The notes: a model not told the origin generated them from the sequence alone. A stretch of DNA of 64,000 bases from an uncultured bacterium (GCA_963777505.1 CAVZQN010000006.1:64001-128000); one strand, 5' to 3'. Numbered from the stretch's first letter, positions 9,461 to 20,107 are shown. A program made the numbers and translations.

Positions 9461-10497
9461 AAATCGAAGGAAAACGCTACACGAGTGGGCGAATCGCCGT
9501 CTCCAATCTTTCGGCCACGATCGATAGTTTGGAGCTGCGACGCTTGCAACGTTCGACTACTTTTGATGATCTTCTAATACTGTCGAAGCTTCTGTTTCTT
9601 CGCGGTGACTTGCTTGGCCATATCTCGGATCATGACCGCGGAAAAATATTGGCCACCAAGGCTATTGCATTTTCTCCCAATACGGCTACTGCGGCCTACA
9701 TTCTTGCTCAGCTTGCGGAACGTTTTCATCGTTTTGACGAAGCAAACTCTCTTCTCGATCGTGCAGGCGCAGCCGGATATCCAACGCACAAAATTGACGT
9801 CAAAAGGGCGGCAGTACTTCAGGCGACAGGACGATACACCGAAGCGCGCGTTCTTCGTGAACGAATGGCGAAAGAGAATCCTGGCATTGATACACTTGGG
9901 GCACTCGCGTCACTGCTGGCGGAAATGGATGAATGGTCAGTGGCCGAAAACTGCTATGCGGCCGCGCTCGAAGCAGATCATGGCCTATCGCCTTTGCCCT
10001 GCGGACAGCTACTGTTCGAATGGGGAGTGAGCGCGATGCGACGCGGTGATCTGGATCAGGCTGAGACGATTTTTGCCGAGCTTGAAGTGATATTGCCCGC
10101 ACATGCTCCAGGACGTGGGCATCGCGCCGAGGTCGCTTTGGTCCGCGGGCAGTTAGATTTTGCAGAGACTCTCATCATGCCGCTGCTCACAACCTCCGAC
10201 GATCCTGAATATCGTGCGATCTATGCAGAGATCCTCGCTGCACGTGGTGACTGCAAAGTTAGAACCGAGGCGGAACATGCAGCGGCAGAGTATGAGCTGC
10301 TACTGGCACGACGCCCCGAAGCCTATTTAGATCATGCTGCAGCCTTCTTCATGGGAGTTGGCAATCGGCCAGAGCATGCGGTGGAACTGGCTTTCGCAAA
10401 TTGGAAGCTGCGCGACACACCACGCTCCCGCAGCCTCCTGGCCAAAGCGCGTCTCCGCGCACAACAAATTTCAGTGGTGAAGGAGAGTGCAGCATGA
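9457..10497 (+). CDS. Tetratricopeptide-repeat protein
   Basis: Helical Ala/Leu-rich TPR-like repeats; ATGA overlaps with both neighbours. Confidence 0.75.
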   Translation: MKIEGKRYTSGRIAVSNLSATIDSLELRRLQRSTTFDDLLILSKLLFLRGDLLGHISDHDRGKILATKAIAFSPNTATAAYILAQLAERFHRFDEANSLLDRAGAAGYPTHKIDVKRAAVLQATGRYTEARVLRERMAKENPGIDTLGALASLLAEMDEWSVAENCYAAALEADHGLSPLPCGQLLFEWGVSAMRRGDLDQAETIFAELEVILPAHAPGRGHRAEVALVRGQLDFAETLIMPLLTTSDDPEYRAIYAEILAARGDCKVRTEAEHAAAEYELLLARRPEAYLDHAAAFFMGVGNRPEHAVELAFANWKLRDTPRSRSLLAKARLRAQQISVVKESAA

Positions 10498-11830
10498 GTG
10501 TGAAGAGTTGTGCAGCAGGGCCATGTCGGCCCAGAGTGGTAGTCATCGGTGGCGGGTTTGCGGGTATTGCCGTCGTCCGTCAGTTGCGCGACGTCGATGC
10601 CGACATAACGCTGGTGGACCGAAACAATCATCATCTTTTTCAGCCGTTCCTTTTTCAAGTCGCCACATCGATCCTTGAACCTGCGGAAATCGCGACTCCT
10701 ATCCGTTCGCTTTTGAACAAGATGCCTCATGTCAAAGTGGAAATGCGTGAGGCCCTTCGCGTAGATGTAAAACGCCGTGTTGTCGTTATGGGCGAAGGAG
10801 ACGATCTCCCCTACGACATGCTCGTGATAGCAACAGGAGCGCAAACCAGTTATTTCGGCCACGAGTCGGAATGGGCCCAACATGCGCAAGGGTTGAAAAC
10901 ACTTCAGGATGCCATTGCAGCTCGGAATCGGCTTTTGAGTGCATTCGAACAGGCGGAAATGGAAGCGGATCCCGGAACCCGTGCGTTTTATATGGCAATC
11001 GTTGTGGTGGGGGGCGGTCCAACAGGAGTGGCTATTACAGGCACCATCAGCGAGTTCGTGAAGCGGACCTTGCCGGCAGACTTCCGTAATATTGACATCC
11101 GCCAAGCGCGCATTGTGCTTGTTGAAGCGGGAGCTAGATTGCTGCCCTCATTCAGTGAAAAACATTCGTCGTATGCGACCCGCGCACTCCAACGTGCCGG
11201 AGTTGAGGTGAAACTCGGCGTTCCAGTTACGCATGTGGATGCGCGCGGCGTATCGATCGGCGCCGAGCGGATAGATGCAGCTACAGTTCTGTGGTGCACA
11301 GGTGTACAGGGCGTGCCACTGGCAAAAACGCTAGGTGTAGATCTAAAACCGAACGGTACAGTACCGGTTGAAAAGGATTTCTCAGTTCCTGGTTATCCTG
11401 AGTGCTTCGTAGTTGGCGATGCAGCTTCTGTGATAGGGCCTGATGGCCGACCTCTTCCGGGTCTCGCATCGGTTGCGCAAGAACAAGGCCACTACGTTGG
11501 CAAACTGATTGCCTCCCGGTTGGGGGACGGCCACTCCCCCCTCCTCCAGACCCATTCGTGGCGAGCAAGCTTGCAACGATTACGCGGCATGTAGGTGTTG
11601 CTGAGTACGGTGATAAATCGATCACTGGCTTTCCTGCTTGGCTGATGTGGGGGTTGCTTCATCTTAGAACTCTCGCAGGCGGGCATTCAAAGGTATCGAT
11701 ACTCGCAAACTGGCTCCGTCTTTTGGTCACCTATCGCCGCAGCGCACGGTTGATTATCGAATCACGTCCTAAAGCCGCGACCGAGGAAACGTTAACAATC
11801 ACGGCCCCAGCGCTAACTTCATCAAGGTGA
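10494..11830 (+). CDS. ndh: Type II NAD(P)H:quinone oxidoreductase (NDH-2), frameshift ~11540-11560
   Basis: VVIGGGFAG, HHLFQP, VVGGGPTGV, GDAA, C-terminal AWLMWGLLHL. Confidence 0.85.
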
Positions 11831-11834
11831 TGAC

Positions 11835-13145
11835 ATGAAAAATCGACTGGTTCTGCTTGCTCTTTTGCTACTGACTTGTACAAGCTTAGTGTTTTCCCAG
11901 GACCAGGAAAGCAACGACTCTTTTCAAGACCCTACGAAGCGGGTGTTTCAACTGCTGCTGCCATCTGAACATTTGTTGGGTGACTGGGGCCGGTTGAGAT
12001 CGAAACTTGAAGAATCTGGCATTACTCCAAGACTGGTACTCATTACTGACTTCGCCGGAAACCCGAGCGGTGGCCGATCCCAAGGCACGACTGCGCCAAC
12101 TAGTGTTGAGCTAAGCTTGTTCTTCGACCTCCAGAAGATGTGGGGGCTGAAGAAAGGCTCCATCTTTGCGTCATTTTCCGAACGCTGGAACGACAGTCTT
12201 TCGGTAACTGAAATCGGCAACATCTTTAGCGCGCAACAGATTTATGGCTTCCAGACTTACCGCCTTATTGATCTTTCCTATCAGCAGGAGTTGTTTGATG
12301 GTCAGATGGAGCTCCGGCTCGGACGCTTCCCAGCGATGGATGACTTTCTGGTCTCACCTTACAACTTTGGATTCATGTCAAACGCGTTTTGCGGCAACCC
12401 TTTTGGAATCATATTAAGTGCACCGGGCATGAGCGCCTACTACGGCACCTGGGCGGCTCTCGTAAAGGTGAAACCTACAAAGCGAAGCTACCTGATGACC
12501 GGCGTTTACAATGGCGATCCCGAGATCCGCGAAAACAAATACCATGGTGTGAATTTTTCACTGAACGGACCACTTTTCTCAATTAGCGAGGCCGGTTACC
12601 AGATTAGTGGACTACCTGGGGATAACCAATTGCTCGGCAACTATAAGCTAGGCGCCTGGTACGACCGTTCCACGCTAGTGGATTTCGAGTCCGGCGCGGA
12701 AAAGAGCGGTAGCTGGGGCTTTTATGCCCTCTTCGATCAGGTACTCGTCCCATTCAGCAGTCCCGGCAGCAACCGTGGATTTGGCGTCTTCGGGTCGGTC
12801 ACTGTCGCACCGAATTCCGACATCCAGCAGTTACCTTTGTTCATTACGGCCGGCGTTTCCGCGCGTGGAATGTTCGCCGCACGCCCGCGGGATGTCGTTT
12901 CGTTAGGTGTGGCATCCGGACACTTCAGCGAAAACCTGCAGCGAGCCCAGCAAAATGGACAGCGTCCTCGTCCCGATGGAGGTACCCAAGATTATGAGAC
13001 AGTGATCGAACTGACTTATCGCTTTGACTTGCGGAAGGGTGCCTTATTCATCCAGCCGGACTTTCAATACATCATTCAGCCCGGCGGCACGGGCAATCTC
13101 AAGAACACAGTGGTGATCGGCTCCCAATTCGGTATCAACTTTTGA
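11835..13145 (+). CDS. OprB-family carbohydrate-selective porin
   Basis: Signal peptide, LLGDWGRLRSKL, FAGNPSGG, QPDFQYIIQPGG, terminal Phe. Confidence 0.9.
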   Translation: MKNRLVLLALLLLTCTSLVFSQDQESNDSFQDPTKRVFQLLLPSEHLLGDWGRLRSKLEESGITPRLVLITDFAGNPSGGRSQGTTAPTSVELSLFFDLQKMWGLKKGSIFASFSERWNDSLSVTEIGNIFSAQQIYGFQTYRLIDLSYQQELFDGQMELRLGRFPAMDDFLVSPYNFGFMSNAFCGNPFGIILSAPGMSAYYGTWAALVKVKPTKRSYLMTGVYNGDPEIRENKYHGVNFSLNGPLFSISEAGYQISGLPGDNQLLGNYKLGAWYDRSTLVDFESGAEKSGSWGFYALFDQVLVPFSSPGSNRGFGVFGSVTVAPNSDIQQLPLFITAGVSARGMFAARPRDVVSLGVASGHFSENLQRAQQNGQRPRPDGGTQDYETVIELTYRFDLRKGALFIQPDFQYIIQPGGTGNLKNTVVIGSQFGINF

Positions 13146-13158
13146 TGGAGGAAGGAAA

Positions 13159-14560
13159 ATGAAATTATCAACGTTCAACAAAAAACAAGAGAATTTTACG
13201 GGTCATCAGATTGGCCGCCATCGAGTCGTGATCGTGGGCGGCGGGTTTGGTGGACTCTTCGCAGCGAAAGCGCTGCGGCGTGCTGCTGTTGACATCACAC
13301 TGGTGGATCGGACAAACCATCACTTATTTCAGCCGTTGCTCTACCAGGTTGCGACAGGAATTCTTTCTGAGGGCGCAATTGCGGCGCCGATACGCGACAT
13401 CCTTCAGCGCCAAAAGAATGCGCAGGTTTTATTGGGAGAAGTTCAGGATGTCGATCTTCAAACGCGTCATGTCATGATAGATACCCTCGGTTCTCGCAGT
13501 GAAATTCCATACGATAGTTTGATTATGGCAGCGGGCGCAAAGCAGTCGTACTTTGGACATCCTGAGTTCGCTGAACATGCGCCAGGGATGAAGACGATCG
13601 ATCACGCGCTCGAATTGCGCGGACGCATCTTTGGAGCATTCGAGATGGCCGAACGTGAGCCGGATCGCGCCGCAAGACGTCGCTGGCTTACGTTTGTAGT
13701 GATAGGTGGCGGCCCTACGGGCGTCGAGGTCGCGGGCCAGCTGGTTGAGTTGTCTCACTCCCTGAAACGGAATTACCGCAACATTGATCCGTCGCAAGCG
13801 CGCATCATCATTCTAGATGCCGGACCGGCGGTGCTGGGATCATTTCCGGAGCAGCTACGCAAGCGGACTGAGAGCGACCTTCGAGACTTAGGAATAGAGA
13901 TTCATCTGGGAACGAAGGTGACCCGCGTAGATGATCTAGGGATCGAAACGGACTCTACGGATCCAAATATACAGCGCATCGAGGCGGCGACAAAGATATG
14001 GGCCGCTGGAGTTCAGGCTTCACCACTCGGCCAAATTCTTGCTGAAAAAGCTGGCGCAGAACTTGATCGATCCGGACGAGTGAAGGTTGAAGCTGATTGC
14101 ACGCTTCCTGGTTATCCTGAAGTTTTCGTAGTTGGCGATTTGATGAATCTTCAGCAACTGCCACAATTGGCGCTGGTCGCTGTTCAATCTGCTCAGCACG
14201 CAGCACAGACAATCACCCGACGCCTTTCGGGCGATACAAGGCAACGGCCGTTCCGTTACCGCGACTTGGGTTCAATGGCGACCATCTCAAAATTTCGCGC
14301 GATCGGAGTAGTAGGAAAACTGCAATTTTCCGGGTTTATAGCATGGGTTATGTGGCTCATCATCCACGTTGTTCGTTTGGCTGACCCTCGGAACCGGATC
14401 ACTGTCCTTTTTAACTGGGCGATTACTTTCTTCACCAACAGTAGGCCCCATCGCGTCATCACTTCACAACAAGTGTTCGGAAGGCTTGCACTGGATGCAC
14501 AACCTGACCTAATGCAAGTGAAAAGTTCACCGTCTTCAAACGCGGTATCTACCCTAATTT
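13159..14560 (+). CDS. ndh: Second NDH-2 (stop codon not seen; reads through in frame into the next gene)
   Basis: VIVGGGFGG, HHLFQPLLYQVATG, VIGGGPTGVE, FRYRDLGSMATI, AWVMWLIIH. Confidence 0.85.
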
Positions 14561-14571
14561 TGGAGTTATCA

Positions 14572-15333
14572 ATGTCAAAAATACTCATCCTTGGGGCGAC
14601 CGGCTCTCTCGGTCGGCATGTTGCCCAACAAGCCGTTTCGGCGAACCACGAAGTTTCAACTTTGGTGCGAACACCATCCAAGTTACGAGGCCGAACTTCG
14701 AGAGCAGGTCACAGTGTCATCAGGCTGATCTAGCAACAGTGCCTGCAGCTGATCTGACAGCCATTCTCAGAAATCATGATGTCGTTATTAGCACAGCAGG
14801 TTTGGTCACCCAAGGGCCAAATCTTCGTTGATCTTATTGATCGCATCGTGACCAGTCTGGAATCCCTACCTCACCAAGATCGGCCTGTCTGCTGGTTTAT
14901 GGCAGGTGCAGCATTGCTAGACCTTGATGACCGTAGTCGAAAGGGCGTTGATCTCCCTCGCATTTCGTCCACTTATTGGCCGCATCGCGCTAATTTCGAC
15001 CGCATCCGTCAAACCACATTAGACTGGCGAATACTGTGTCCGGGGCCAATGGTTCATCAGCAACCTTTAGGGCTGGATCGAATGCGAATATCGCTTGACC
15101 GATTGCCCGTACAGATCCCTTCGTTTACCAGGTTTCTGCCTGGAGCTTTTGTATTGCCTTTCTTCGTCTCACGTATCCCTGAAATGATTGTCTCCTATGC
15201 CGATGCAGCCGCGCTAATGCTTGCCAACCTCACTCCCGATGGCGAGATGTCCCGCCATCGAGTTGGATTGGCGTTACCCGTTGGGATGCGAGGTAAGAAA
15301 GAACACTGGGCAGCCAAACCGAACGCCCGCTAA
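14572..15333 (+). CDS. NAD(P)H-binding (biliverdin reductase B / NmrA-like) oxidoreductase, frameshifted
   Basis: GGAG RBS, MSKILILGATGSLG, later AGAALL, LDWRILCPG, VSYADAA. Confidence 0.75.
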
Positions 15334-15352
15334 TTCACTGTTTAGTAGGAAG

Positions 15353-15379
15353 TGTCAAAAACGTTTTGCCAACTGTCAA
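15353..15379 (+). promoter_or_regulatory. TGTC/GACA upstream motif, copy C
   Basis: TGTCAAAAACGTTTTGCCAACTGTCAA aligns with copies A and B. Confidence 0.55.
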
Positions 15380-15453
15380 CGGAAAGACGTGCAGAAGACG
15401 ACATTCTGTCTTCAAAAATCGATGCACCCGACGATCAACTCGAACGCTCAGCT

Positions 15454-15469
15454 TGGCCCGTTCATTGCA
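15454..15469 (+). promoter_or_regulatory. Sigma54 promoter of the small ORF
   Basis: TGGCCC-GTTCA-TTGCA. Confidence 0.7.
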
Positions 15470-15500
15470 AACGAAATCGTCAGCACAGGAGGAAATGAAG

Positions 15501-15677
15501 ATGAAAACAACGATTCGATTAGGTGACTTGATTGCGACTCTGTATGATGCAGCAGAGAAGAAAACAAAGGATAAGAGAATGCAGTCCGTTTTAGTACGTC
15601 TGGCTCTGTATGATCTCAGGTTGAGATACAGCATTCGCAGTAAGCGCACCATGGTTAAAAGACGTTCTGCAGCATAG
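15501..15677 (+). CDS. Small basic protein, 58 aa (MKTTIRLGDLIATLYDAAEKKT...)
   Basis: AGGAGG RBS 8 nt upstream, own sigma54 promoter, amphipathic helix. Confidence 0.7.
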   Translation: MKTTIRLGDLIATLYDAAEKKTKDKRMQSVLVRLALYDLRLRYSIRSKRTMVKRRSAA

Positions 15678-15756
15678 ACGAACAATCGTTCAGAGATTCA
15701 AAAGCTGAGTTTGTAAATTTGCAACTTCTTCTTGATCGTCGTTCAGAGCGTAGACG

Positions 15757-18700
15757 TTAGTTCTGCTTGTTCTTGGTAAGTGAAAAGTAGAAGGTGGCGC
15801 CGCCATCCACTTTGCCCTCCGCCCAGACGCGGCCGCCATGGTGATGTATGATGCGTTGAACTGTAGCCAGACCGATGCCGGTGCCTTCGAAGTCCTCCTG
15901 CGGATGAAGCCGTTGAAAAACACCGAACAGCTTGGTGTAATACTTCATGTCGAAGCCCACCCCATTGTCTCGAATGAATATCACCACGTGATCGTCCTTT
16001 CTTTCCGTGCATCCGATCTCGATCTCCGCCTCTTGCCGTTTCCGTGTGAATTTGACGGCGTTGGAAATCAAGTTGACTAGGGCCAGCCGCAGCATCGAGC
16101 GGTCCCCATACCACTCAGGCAATGAATCTGTTTTCCAAGTGATTTTGCGTCGCCGCTGTATCCCGGCGGACTTCGGCAATGACATCTGCAACGAGCTGCT
16201 CCAGGTTGATCATGGAATTGTGCGTCTCGGCGCGGGTGATTCGAGAAAACGCCAGCAGATCATCGATCAGGCTGCCCATCCGATTCGACTCTTCCAGAAT
16301 CAGGCTTACATAGCGGGTGCTCTTCTCATTGAGAGAGGCGGCCGCTGACTTGTTCAGAAGCTCCGCAAAACCCGACACGTGGCGCAGAGGTGCCCGAAGA
16401 TCGTGCGCCACGGAATAAGCGAAGCTTTCCAGATCCTTGTTGCTGGTCTCCAGCGCCATCGACCGTTTTGCAAGCTCCTGGTTGAGAGCCTGAATTCTCT
16501 CCTCCCAGCGTTTTCGGGCTGTGATATCGTTGCTGGTTTCGAGGATGGCGACCGGACGATGTTGCTGATCCCGCCGCAAAGACCACCGGCTAGAGAATGA
16601 CAGCCTGATCGCCGTTCGCCTTGGATCGCCTCAGTTCGCCCTGCCATTGATCCTTCTCCAGCAGCTCTACCCGGATTTCCTCGACTGGATTTGGAAAAAT
16701 GGTGCGTAGAAGTTCATCCGATCTCTTGCCGATGGCTTCTTCCTGAGTCCATCCGTAGAATTCTTCGGCTCCTTGATTCCAATACTTAATGACGAACTCC
16801 ATGTCGAGAACCGAGATCGTATCGTGTGTCAGGTCGAGCAAGCTGGATCTTTCCTCAACTTCGATCTTAAGAGCTTCTTCGATCCGCTTGCGGTCTTCGA
16901 TGTCAGTGAGAATTCCATACCACCTGAGGACCTTTCCGTGTTTATCGCGCAGCGGAACACCCCGAGCCAACAGCCAACGATATTCTCCATTTGCGGCGTT
17001 ACGAAAGCGGGCCTCGAATTCGTATGGTTCACCACTCGCGATGGAGGCGCGCCACTTATCCATACATAATGAAAGGTCCTCCGGGTGAACTGCAGCCGTC
17101 CAACCCGACCCGACCGTATCCTCCGCAGACAAACCCGTAAATTCCGCCCAGCGCCTGTTTACGAATTCATTAGAGCCATCCGGAAGAGCGGTCCAAGCCA
17201 TTGCCGGAATGGTTTCGATTACATCCCGAAGCTTCTTGAAATCTTGCCGAAGTTGGCGCACACGCAGCTGATAAGCCCCTCCGAGAAGTGCCAGAAGAAT
17301 AACGACGCCGAGAGCGCGGAACCAGTTTGTCTGGTAGTAGGCCGGAGCGATTGAGAAAGCCAGCTTAGCGGGAGTATTGTTCCAGACGCCGTCACTATTG
17401 CTGGCGATCGACCTGGAATGAATAGTTCCCCGGAGGGAGGTCCGTGTAAAATGCCTGCCGGCGCGTGCCGGCGTCGTGCCAATCACTATTCATAGCCTTC
17501 CAGGCGGTAACGGAATTTCACCTTCTCGGGATTAAGAAACGAAGGTGAGGTGTAATCTATCTGCAAGTCACGCGGGTGCGGGGAGAGTCTCAGTTTATCG
17601 GTCGGTGCAAATTCCTTTCGGTCAACCGTGATCGATTCAATGAAAGTCACCGCCGGTGGAGATTCTTTCGCGAGTCTGGATGGGTCCAGCATCATTACCA
17701 CATATCCGGTAGCAAACCACACGCGTCCATCCGGAGATAAAGCCGCAGAATTGAAAGACGGTTGCCCTGATAGCCGGGCTCCGTCAAGGACATCGTACAG
17801 CCGAGTGTGAACTATCGCTTCGGGGTTGGCCCACCATTGCTGGAGTTCGGAATCTGGAAATTGGATAACTCCGCAGTGGGTGTTAAGCCACCACTGTTTC
17901 TGTTTGTCTTGAATGAAGGAAACCACGGTATTGCAGGGCAACCCGTTTTTCGTTGTCATTCGCTGCACCTTACCCTTCCGCCATCCAACAAGCCCGTTTT
18001 CGGAACTGGCAAGCACGGAACCATCCGCCTGCACGATGATCTGGCGATTATACGGATCACCTCCGGGGTTTAGCGGAAACCTTGTTTCAATGGCGCCATT
18101 CCGCAAGAGTATGACTTCTCCCTCCAGAGTGGTGATCCAAATTCCGCCTTTTGGATCGGGAGCGAAGTAATGTCCGGGCGGAATTTGCGAGGCGGAGAAC
18201 TCTTCGACGACCCGGAAATCGCGAATTCGCAGCAGTCTTCGCGGAGGGCCTGCACAGGCGGCCCATATATTCCCATCTATGTCCTCAATCATCGCAAGCA
18301 CCATTCCGAACGGCTTGTCCGGCGGGTCGATGCGGCGGAACTGCCCATTCTTCACGTGATAGAGCCCCTCATCCACTCCCACCCAAAGGTCCCCCGCACG
18401 GTCCTCGAGCATGTAAGCGACTTGAGAACCGGGAAGACCTTGCCCTGCCCGGATAGAGATGACGGTCCCATTAACGATGCGATCGAGCGATCCAGCGTTT
18501 GCGATCCAGATTGTCCCGTCTCTGGTCGCCAGAAGGCCTGCCGCTGCATCTAACGCTAGGCCTTCCACTGCGGAGAAGACGGTGATCGGCGGATCACGGA
18601 AGCTGTCTACTCCATTAGTAGTAGTAACCCAGAGAGTCCCGTCTCGGTCTTCAAAGAGACCTTCAACGAAATCACCAGACAGTCCGTCCGCCCTTCCGTA

Positions 18701-19638
18701 ATGCTCAACAACATCCCCATGAATACGAAACAGCCCCTGATTCGTCGTGCCTACCCAAAAGCTGCCCTGGCGGTCGAGCCTCATGGAGGAGACGGGCAAT
18801 TTACTGCCATCAAACCGGGCTGTTACAAAGGGTTTAAAGACACCATCCGTTAGACGTCCAAGCCCTAATCCGGGTCCTGCCTTGAGTATGCCGACCCAGA
18901 TAGAGCCATCCGCACCACGCACCAGGCAATTCACTCCGATACCTCCTGCGTTGTGCTTGAGCCCTTCAATCGGGTACAGCTTCGAGGCGCCGTTACGCCA
19001 ATGAACGAGCGCCGTCTGCCCTCCGAGCCAGAAACCTCCGTCGGATTCGGCCAGTAAGGAGCCTGCCGGGGCAATCGGTATCCCGTCGGCTTTACCGAAA
19101 CACTGAACCGCGCTGTCGGTGACTCGGCAAAGAGGCGCGTCTGAAACATCATATTGGCCTCGTACCACCCATAAGGAGCCGTCAGGAATCCTCGCGAATG
19201 CGTTCGAAAAGTTGAAGGCCTCGCAACTCCAGATGAGAAGCGACCACACCACGCTTTCAGGTGAATGATTTCACGCTCCCCTAATACCCAGAGCCCGCCT
19301 GAACGGTCGCCATGGACATTGGTAATCGTTTTGATCGCTTTACCTTTTATCGGTATAGGCCAGGGCACAAACCGCACACCGTCAAACCTGTACATACCCT
19401 GGGATCCGGCGCCCAACCAAAGGAAACCATCCAAAGTTTGCGTGATCGAATTTCCGGCGGCCGGAAGAGACCCATCTTGTGTTCGCCAGGATTTATGCAA
19501 GTACTGAGTGATCCGTTTATTCGGATCGAGGGCGTAAGCAGGGCCCGCCATGAACCATAGACAGGCGAGATAGCAACCCAACGTGGCACCAATCATCCTG
19601 CCGGGCCGGCTGAAAGTAAGCATTAGGCGAGAGGGCAT
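15757..19638 (-). CDS. Membrane sensor histidine kinase: periplasmic beta-propeller (Reg_prop) + Y_Y_Y, TM, 2 PAS, HisKA, HATPase; multiple frameshifts
   Basis: Signal peptide 'YALDP', repeated EDRDGTLWV blades, [11 protein letters not shown] 'VHPEDL...EYRWLL', H-box [14 protein letters not shown] boxes [22 protein letters not shown]. Confidence 0.85.
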
Positions 19639-20033
19639 ATCTGCTCGTGTACGTCAAGAACTTACAAACGATCTAGTGAGCATGTGCTCTAAGATTATAC
19701 TCAATCCCTATGAAGCAACAATGCAGTTTCGGATTGCTTAACTCTAATCACCCTTTAATTTTTGATAATCTCCAGTTACAATCAATAGATTCTGATCGCT
19801 CTTGTTTGGTCAAATCAAGTTTAGGAATTCACCTAGCATTAATTCCAAAAAGGTCTTCAAGCCAGTCAGGTGGGTAGATGTCTGATTCCGAACTCTTTTG
19901 AATGCTGCTCGGGTTTTTTAAAGCAACTACTGCGGATTTTAGTGACAGTCATATTTATCGAGTAGATTCGGGGATCAAACTACCTGATTAGTATTAATAA
20001 ATGGAAAACGGACAAGACTTTTTGGAGAGTTAA

Positions 20034-20107
20034 TGGCTGGGGGACAGGGATTTGAACCCCGATAAGCAGATCCAGAGCCTGCTGTCCTGCCGTTGGACGA
20101 TCCCCCA
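20034..20107 (-). tRNA. tRNA-Gln (anticodon CTG)
   Basis: Minus strand TGGGGGATCGTCCAACGGCAGGACAGCAGGCTCTGGATCTGCTTATCGGGGTTCAAATCCCTGTCCCCCAGCCA: cloverleaf, TTCAAAT T-loop, encoded CCA. Confidence 0.97.

Larger units (their letters stand above)
1..20033. mobile_element. Putative genomic island downstream of tRNA-Gln (left end outside window; no integrase seen)
   Basis: Visible compositional shift at the tRNA 3' end, accessory gene content, deletion relics. Confidence 0.55.

Noticed and set aside
13159-14733. Apparent NDH-2 / Rossmann-fold fusion protein (524 aa ORF)
   Set aside because: An internal GGAG RBS and ATG (14572) start a typical MSKILILGATG gene; a lost stop codon from an indel is more likely than a true fusion.
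15690-15760. Possible response-regulator remnant after the kinase
   Set aside because: Only a vague 'NDD' resemblance; too short to support.
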